Source: Methanosphaera stadtmanae DSM 3091 (lineage in GTDB: Archaea > Methanobacteriota > Methanobacteria > Methanobacteriales > Methanobacteriaceae). Taken from it: a stretch of 32,000 nucleotides of DNA. Position 1 is the stretch's first letter; each line of letters begins with the position of its first letter. Location of the stretch: positions 30,001 to 62,000 of the forward strand of contig NC_007681.1 of the NCBI RefSeq assembly GCF_000012545.1. Reading direction: 5' to 3'. The position numbers were made by a program, and so were the translations under genes. Positions 27,001-32,000 of this stretch are shown here, piece by piece. Below the pieces are notes generated by a model. It saw only the letters and a program-made list of their open reading frames with translations. It was not told where the DNA came from and searched no databases.

Positions 27001-29777
27001 ATAACAGTATTATTACTTGAATTTTCAAAGATTATTCCATAATTTGCAGATATTGCAGTGTTATTAATTGTATTGTTTGTAGAATTAATAAATACAATTG
27101 TGTTATTGTTGTTTTTTAAAGTACTACTGAATATTATAGTGTTATTTGCATTTACTATTTTTATTCCATTAGAACTTAAAGTTGTTTTGTTTATAAAAGT
27201 ATTATTGGTATTAATTAATAATATGTCTTCTCCTTGGGTAAATGTACCAAGTTTATTCATGGATTGACCTGATATGGTGTTATTATTTCCATTTGTTGCA
27301 TTGATAATGAATAAATAACCCTTATTTGTAGCTTTTATATAATTATAGGAACTACTTGCAATAAATTGATTATTATTAACATTGCCAGTAAGATATGTTC
27401 CTATTGCATTTGTTGCTGTTGGACGTAATCCATTGAAGTTTGAAGTATAATGATTGTTACTGGAATTAATCATGTAAATTCCAATTGCATATTCATCTCC
27501 AGAGATAGATGCTTGATTAAAGTTTAATACATTATTATCAGCATTTAATAATACAATTCCTGCAACTACTCCTTTTTGTTGACCATTTGTTGTATTGTAT
27601 ACATTTATTCTATTACTGTCTAATTTATTTCCATATGAATTAATGAAAATACCCATAGTATCTGGAATATTATTTTTCATATTATTAGATGGACCTTCTA
27701 TTGTAATAGTGTTACTTTTTAAAGTATTGTATTTGTTATTTATAATAACTCCAGTTAGTGCTTTTGTACTAGTTGAGGATATTTTAAGTTTTGTTAATGA
27801 ATTTTTTAATGTTCCAATATAGATTACATATCCATTAGGATTATAGTCTTCATTGTTTATTAAAAGTTTTTCTGCATGAATTCTTCCATCATCTTTTACA
27901 GTTATTGTGGTGTTGTATAGGTATTTTCTATCATTTTTCTTTAATACTATGTGTATTGAATCTATTACAAATTGTCTATTATAAAAGTCACCTACAAGGT
28001 TAATTGTACTTCCACTTTCGATTGCACCCGGTATTACAGATCCATTCTTATAGAAGTAATTTTCATATGTTTCATCTGTTATAGTTATTGTTTTACCAAG
28101 AGTTGGTGTGTTATTTTCTATAACATTACCTGTAATATTTTCTACTGCTTTATCTCCATATAATATGTTACTTTCTAGTGTGTTTAGTGTTATTATATTG
28201 TTTTTAGCCGTACTTTTAACATATATTGCATAATCTTCAATTGTTTTTATGTTGTTGTTTGTTATGTTGTTGTTATTTCCATTTACTTGTATTATGTTTC
28301 TTATGGAGTTATTTGTTATGGTTGTATTTCCAGTTACATATAATCCATATCCATTATTTTCAAAGTCAATTATGTTATTTCTAATTGTTAAGTTTCCATT
28401 TCCAAGAGCATATATTCCAAAGGAGGTACCATCATCTACTGAAAGACTTTTAAATAATTGTGATGGTTGACTATCTTTTATTGTGGAGTTTTCAATAATA
28501 GCTTTCATGGTATTATTATTTACTGAATCTATATAGATTCCAGTACTATTATTAAATTTACATTCTGATACAAGTAAATCTCCTTCACCAGCATATATAT
28601 CTGTTTGTCCATTATTTGTAAAGTTACAATTTAATATTTTTGTATCTATACCATCATTTCTGTATGGATTGAAATAATCGGCTTCTCCAGTATTTATTGC
28701 AATACCCGCACCAAATTTATATGTACTTGTTCCATCGTATGCAATGTTGTTTTTAATTGTACTGTTTATGATTGTTAACTTATAATCACTTAATATTGTT
28801 CCCCAACGAGCATAGTTGTTTTGGAAGGTACTGTTTATTATTGTTGCAGTTCCATTGTTGTAGATACCTGCTCCTTCATTTCCAGTACTACTTGATTTTC
28901 TATTACCTTCAAATAAACTGTTATTTACATATAATGTAGCTTCATGATTATTTCTGATACCTGCACCAACTCCAGCACAATTGTTAATAAATTTAACATT
29001 ATTTACTGTTAAATTTCCATAGTTATCAATTGTTGCTGTTTTGTATGAAGAAATATTGTTTCCACCAGCACTCCAACAGTTCTGTATTGTTATGTTGATG
29101 AGTGTTATAAGTCCACTTCCTTTTGTAATGTTTATAGCCCAGTTACCAGTACCATTTTCATATGGATACCATTCTGGAGAAGATTCCCAGTAATATTCAT
29201 CAGGATTAAGACTTTTTTTCATATCATATCTTGCTTCACCATCAATAATGGTGTTTTGACCTATGAAATTTATTTTATAGTCACCATTTACTGTGAGATT
29301 TGTGTTACCAGTACCAGTATATTTACCACTTGATATGTGTATATTGTAGATATTATCTTTTGTTGTTTGTTTTAGAGCCTGATTTATTGTTTTGTATGGT
29401 TTATCAATTGTTCCATCATTTGTATCTAATCCTTTATCACCAGATACATAGTAGTCTATTTGACTATCTTTTTTCAGTGTTTTTCTAGTTGTTACATCTT
29501 TAGTAGTTTTTGTTATATTATTATCTTTTTTTAGGGTTGTTGTACTTGTTTTTGTTATAGGTTTTTCTTGTGTTTTTGTAACAGTATCCTTAACTTCTTT
29601 ATTATTATCACTAACTTCTACTTTTTCTGTAGTACAAGATGTACTTGTAATTACATGAGTTGAACTTGTATCTTTAATTGTTGTATTTTCTATATCTGTT
29701 GCAGAAATAGCTGATATACTCACAAGTAAAAATACTAATGTTGAAATTAAGAATAATGTCTTAATATTATTATTCAA
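24048..29777 (-). CDS. Giant (1,909 aa) Asn/Thr-rich secreted adhesin-like protein: signal peptide, T/K-rich linker, very long parallel beta-helix, C-terminal array of Ig-like domains
   Basis: TTG 29777 is preceded by GGAGG (29790-29786) at 8-nt spacing and gives the signal peptide MNNNIKTLFLISTLVFLLVSISAISA|TD. YYVSGDKGLDTNDGTIDKPYKTI beta-helix cap. GAGI/FxxN Pmp-like turns, then hundreds of residues of roughly 22-aa N/T/I-rich rungs. The last 500 or so residues are Ig-like domains (..V.VK.NGKT...), with a 291-nt period between the last two. The track's extra 26 N-terminal codons (to 29855) lie upstream of the SD and are probably not translated. Confidence 0.85.
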   Translation of the reverse strand: MNNNIKTLFLISTLVFLLVSISAISATDIENTTIKDTSSTHVITSTSCTTEKVEVSDNNKEVKDTVTKTQEKPITKTSTTTLKKDNNITKTTKDVTTRKTLKKDSQIDYYVSGDKGLDTNDGTIDKPYKTINQALKQTTKDNIYNIHISSGKYTGTGNTNLTVNGDYKINFIGQNTIIDGEARYDMKKSLNPDEYYWESSPEWYPYENGTGNWAINITKGSGLITLINITIQNCWSAGGNNISSYKTATIDNYGNLTVNNVKFINNCAGVGAGIRNNHEATLYVNNSLFEGNRKSSSTGNEGAGIYNNGTATIINSTFQNNYARWGTILSDYKLTIINSTIKNNIAYDGTSTYKFGAGIAINTGEADYFNPYRNDGIDTKILNCNFTNNGQTDIYAGEGDLLVSECKFNNSTGIYIDSVNNNTMKAIIENSTIKDSQPSQLFKSLSVDDGTSFGIYALGNGNLTIRNNIIDFENNGYGLYVTGNTTITNNSIRNIIQVNGNNNNITNNNIKTIEDYAIYVKSTAKNNIITLNTLESNILYGDKAVENITGNVIENNTPTLGKTITITDETYENYFYKNGSVIPGAIESGSTINLVGDFYNRQFVIDSIHIVLKKNDRKYLYNTTITVKDDGRIHAEKLLINNEDYNPNGYVIYIGTLKNSLTKLKISSTSTKALTGVIINNKYNTLKSNTITIEGPSNNMKNNIPDTMGIFINSYGNKLDSNRINVYNTTNGQQKGVVAGIVLLNADNNVLNFNQASISGDEYAIGIYMINSSNNHYTSNFNGLRPTATNAIGTYLTGNVNNNQFIASSSYNYIKATNKGYLFIINATNGNNNTISGQSMNKLGTFTQGEDILLINTNNTFINKTTLSSNGIKIVNANNTIIFSSTLKNNNNTIVFINSTNNTINNTAISANYGIIFENSSNNTVINSNINTTETNTVTIINSNNTNVTKNYLNYNNTYGGDSSVRLIDSSNNIIKDNTPLIILLTNDNYNQYFKNSVLTSNETTIINLASNLYNKDLVFNIPVQFVNPNKYTIYNGTITIGENSTLTVIDGIILNSTDERETLVNIKGNRTTLQNGIIYHENHEKEAHSIVINNTGRVSQTLSKNNITTLGPEIKTKDNSPSTTSIKVISSNGLNYDFNTNNITTITTKYDNNGKISGMYNKLTINSFDIKIGSNNVVVKGYNDVTGLEGMYKSSYNNNIEVYANKTAYGIKMENSDRLSMDRDTFNVISNNTSKIFYINNITSYVQFSSIDLTVKAPTVIIVDINNANNPDAFMKGLGNLKWNKLNLDSKNTTIIKSNNSEISFSHKTGNITGENIILLDAENTVGEFSRLSYNITANTTTPLIQLKNSQMNLKNNNIVVNTRNIPIISVQNSDVNITGNYLESFNLSGNEAILAINITGLIENNTPTTDNYKSYVNLDKDSVNANKTDNITINVVDSFNNIIPSGIITVTIDNNITQYNLTKNPVVITINPTVEKFKISITYSGNEKYMESSTTKNINIVKNSVNITVDPVNGVYNDSINLTAHVKDVNGNNINTGKVIFNINGVTICDTDGNPIEVPVVNGTAILDTIAPRSWMKNNSTINALYLENDVYASGESSNETVTITQRTPTVTIMTDKTTVKSKDVVRFIVQVRDGNKLVTDGHVILKLNGKTLKDTNGNILLLDITNGIAYLDYEIPQGFSAKNYTATTLFVGRDYVKTYANTSLEVLKTNTHIDAKITDVIGNIANVKLNIYDETNNLVNRNTKVTVKINGKTVINQLNITGTGNINLTLPQTKDETYSIEIIAGENNGYESSTQTITYTIPKASKITTHIQSTATQITNKTATVAVQIYDDKNQLVTGNTKVVVKLNGKTLNNTVAKDGQVNINITIPTKKATYTLTVIAGENNKYKESTIQVPLKVESIPKTKI

Positions 29778-29983
29778 GAAGTTAACCTCCTTTTTTATTA
29801 TTAAGATAAATTTTATTAACTTAAAAAAATTAGAATTAATATTTTTTAATTTCATTTATTAAAATAAATTTAATTTATTTTTAAATTAAGTTAATAATTA
29901 ATATTATAGTGAAAATTAATTTATACTTAGCTATTATTTTTTTAAATTAAGTAAGAAGAATTATGGATTTATTTTAGAATTAA

Positions 29984-29993
29984 GGGGGGGGGG
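29984..29993. repeat. G10 (C10 on the adhesin coding strand) homopolymeric tract
   Basis: Direct count gives G at 29984-29993. The tract lies in the 451-bp spacer between the GT4 stop (30229) and the adhesin TTG (29777). It is the longest G/C run I found in the window. Confidence 0.95.
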
Positions 29994-30228
29994 AAGGAAT
30001 AGGATTAATTTTAAAAATATTACATTATTTTTTCTAGAAATAATAATTAGAAAAATGATTTTTAGTTAATTAAATACTTCTATAATGTTGTGGTTTTAGT
30101 ATTATTTTTTTTTGGAGGTATCATTAATTAATTCAAGATATGTTCATATCTATTAAGATATATAGAATTGTAAACAAAATATGATGGTTTAGTATCTTGT
30201 TTATATTTTCTATAAAAGTAGGGGGAGG

Positions 30229-31335
30229 TTATTTTTTAACATAACTAATGGCTCTGTTAAATCCATCAACCATGTTGGAGTATTGAAACTTTTCACAGAT
30301 TATTTTACGAGATTTTTTACTCATCATATCCTGTAATTTATCATCAGATAATATTTTAAGCATAGCTTCTTTAAGTTGGGTGCTGTTTTTTTCTTCAACA
30401 ATAAATCCATTGTCTTTTATCATATCAGGTGCTGCTCCAACAGCATCAGTAGCAATAATTGGATTTTCATAGTACATTGCTTCATTCAATACAAATACCC
30501 AAGGATCACCCATACCTTCATTAATAGAAGGTATTACAACTAAACAACTTTCATTATAATACTTCTTTAATTGATTATTTTCAATTTTACCAGTAAATAC
30601 AACGTTTTTCATGTTATTTTTCTTAACATATTCCTTTAATTTTTCTTCATCAGGACCTGTACCTATAATGATAAGTTCAGTATCACTAATATTCAATTGT
30701 TCATATGCTTCAAGAAGATATTTAACTCCCTTTCGTGGTATGAGTCTTCCAACATATAATATTTTCTTTTTATTTGTGGGAAGAGCTTTCTTTTTGAATC
30801 CTGTGATGTTACTTACATTTGGCATTATAAAGATTTTTTCTGGTTTTACTTTGATTTTATTTTGAAAGTATGATTTGTGTAGTGATCCTGGAACAAGTAT
30901 TGCACTTGTATTGTTTGATAGAAATTTTATTATTCTTTCTAAAATCTTTTCTTTTAGATTTTTCTTTTTTGGCCAATCCCAGTCTTCTCTCCATATTATA
31001 AATGGTTTTTTCCTTATTTGTGTAATTGTGAATAATATGATTGTTTCTATTAGTTCTTGGGGTGTATCCCAACTTCCTCCAATTAAAATATCATAATCTG
31101 CAAATGCTTTTTTTATAAGTCCTCTTGCAAATCCATGACTATTATCTAGAATTGTATAATCAACATCTTCAAGTCCCTTTATTTTACTTGAAATATCGCT
31201 CTCATAAACATCACTTATAACATTTATATGTGTAAATACCAAGTCTAAATCATAGATTTTAGCAAGTTGCTTGAAAAATGGTAATCTATACCACATTGCA
31301 GTATTATGAGTAAATAATATTTTTGTTTTTTCCAT
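30229..31335 (-). CDS. Glycosyltransferase, GT4 type
   Basis: 368-aa ORF. C-terminal half has ILYVGRL...KG, NEGMGDPWVFVLNEAMYYENPIIATDAVGAAPDMI (a degenerate E-x7-E region). It lies 16 nt downstream of the membrane-protein gene, suggesting one operon. Confidence 0.75.
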   Translation of the reverse strand: MEKTKILFTHNTAMWYRLPFFKQLAKIYDLDLVFTHINVISDVYESDISSKIKGLEDVDYTILDNSHGFARGLIKKAFADYDILIGGSWDTPQELIETIILFTITQIRKKPFIIWREDWDWPKKKNLKEKILERIIKFLSNNTSAILVPGSLHKSYFQNKIKVKPEKIFIMPNVSNITGFKKKALPTNKKKILYVGRLIPRKGVKYLLEAYEQLNISDTELIIIGTGPDEEKLKEYVKKNNMKNVVFTGKIENNQLKKYYNESCLVVIPSINEGMGDPWVFVLNEAMYYENPIIATDAVGAAPDMIKDNGFIVEEKNSTQLKEAMLKILSDDKLQDMMSKKSRKIICEKFQYSNMVDGFNRAISYVKK

Positions 31336-31351
31336 AATGATACCACTCTTT

Positions 31352-32000
31352 CTATACTATTACACGTTTATATAACTGTGAATCTCCATTATCATAAATC
31401 TTGTTAGATTTTTCTATTCCTTCAGTAATTGGTATGTAGTTTCCAGCTCCATATAAGAAACTTTTATGACCAATATTATTTGAACGTAGGAACATATAGC
31501 TTCCAGGTTCCATATCTGTCGTGTTTTTAGGATTTGTTGTATGTATATCATTTAGCCAGTAGAGAAGAATATTACTAAAAGCATCAGAAAATAGTGTGTC
31601 ATTTCCCTCATTTGAATAGTACTGTTTAAACCATGCAACTCCAGCATACTCTCCTTGACTAAATAGTGGAGCATCAATTGTATTATCAAGTGGTAGTGTT
31701 GAACTTTGTCCTAATTCAAGATCAATTAATCCAGTATTGAGTATGAAAAACAACACCATGAAAATACCAATAACCTTCATTATACTTCTATTTTTCTCTT
31801 TAAAGCTTGTGGATTTTATTAAACTTATTGTAGCACTACAAATATAATACAGTCCAATTACACAAAATGGTGCTAGTACTACAAATGTAACCTCATATAT
31901 TCTTTGTAGACTTAATTGATCCCTAAATGCAGGTATGAATAATCCACATGCAAGTATTACTAAGTTAAATAATGCAAATGTATTATATTCCTTTGTGAAA
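31352..32000 (-). CDS. Polytopic membrane protein, C-terminal part; the gene continues off the right edge. Possibly a glycosylation-related GT-C-like or polymerase-like protein
   Basis: The minus-strand frame stays open from 31999 through the track's ATG at 31780 with no stop. It reads FTKEYNTFALFNLVILACGLFIPAF...VTFVVLAPFCVIGLYYICSATISL...MKVIGIFMVLFFILNTGL, giving at least three hydrophobic helices, followed by a soluble tail of about 120 aa. The function is inferred only from the neighbouring glycosyltransferase. Confidence 0.55.
   Translation of the reverse strand, partial: FTKEYNTFALFNLVILACGLFIPAFRDQLSLQRIYEVTFVVLAPFCVIGLYYICSATISLIKSTSFKEKNRSIMKVIGIFMVLFFILNTGLIDLELGQSSTLPLDNTIDAPLFSQGEYAGVAWFKQYYSNEGNDTLFSDAFSNILLYWLNDIHTTNPKNTTDMEPGSYMFLRSNNIGHKSFLYGAGNYIPITEGIEKSNKIYDNGDSQLYKRVIV

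Noticed and set aside
24106-29488. Many 60-113-aa plus-strand ORFs inside the giant adhesin gene, and similar antisense ORFs in ilvB, purD, argD, the helicase, GT and other adhesin genes
   Set aside because: Strong strand compositional bias (A-rich coding strand, T-rich complement) leaves few stop codons in antisense frames. The products are Leu/Phe/Ile/Val-rich low-complexity sequence with no SD elements.
29778-29855. 26-codon N-terminal extension of the giant adhesin (ATG 29855)
   Set aside because: The extension runs through the GGAGG SD that is correctly spaced for TTG 29777. It would bury the signal peptide behind a second hydrophobic and charged segment, and the sequence looks like AT-rich promoter DNA.
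30004-30072. 22-codon ATT-initiated frame immediately after the G10 tract (G-rich SD-like sequence + 6 nt + ATT)
   Set aside because: It is too short and has no supporting features. I noted it only because of the ATT-start theme, and it could easily arise by chance in this composition.
30114-30228. SD-like GGAGG (30114-30118) and GGGGGAGG (30221-30228) on the plus strand in the GT4/adhesin spacer
   Set aside because: No plus-strand ORF of meaningful length follows either element. GGGGGAGG abuts the GT4 stop codon on the opposite strand.

Overview
Very AT-rich archaeal chromosome segment (by eye about 25-30% G+C). It is most likely from a pseudomurein-walled gut methanogen of the Methanobacteriales. 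The giant Asn/Thr-rich surface proteins suggest Methanosphaera, with Methanobrevibacter as the alternative; I cannot confirm the taxon without a search. Positions 1-12.2 kb carry unlinked housekeeping genes: ilvN (start only), ilvB, purD, argF, hisF, an unusual proteasome-beta-like Ntn hydrolase, ogg, a cyclophilin, an XPD/DinG-type helicase, argD and cbiL. Positions 12.2-32 kb form a cell-surface and glycosylation island. It holds three GT4-type and two GT2-type glycosyltransferases, two tiny unknown ORFs, an SDR oxidoreductase and a polytopic membrane protein running off the right edge. It also holds three large secreted adhesin-like proteins (beta-helix/Pmp-repeat and Ig-like repeat types). 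I saw no rRNA, tRNA, CRISPR array, transposase or integrase. Items worth a second look: (1) three island genes whose conserved N-termini lie upstream of any canonical start and fit a Shine-Dalgarno + 7-8 nt + ATT initiation pattern; (2) a G10/C10 homopolymer upstream of the giant adhesin gene, a candidate contingency locus; (3) three near-identical 288-bp in-frame tandem repeats inside an adhesin gene; (4) a propeptide-less proteasome-like Ntn hydrolase that may be Connectase-like; (5) the repeated glycosyltransferase-plus-adhesin modular layout. All functional calls rest on motif recognition by eye, with no database search.
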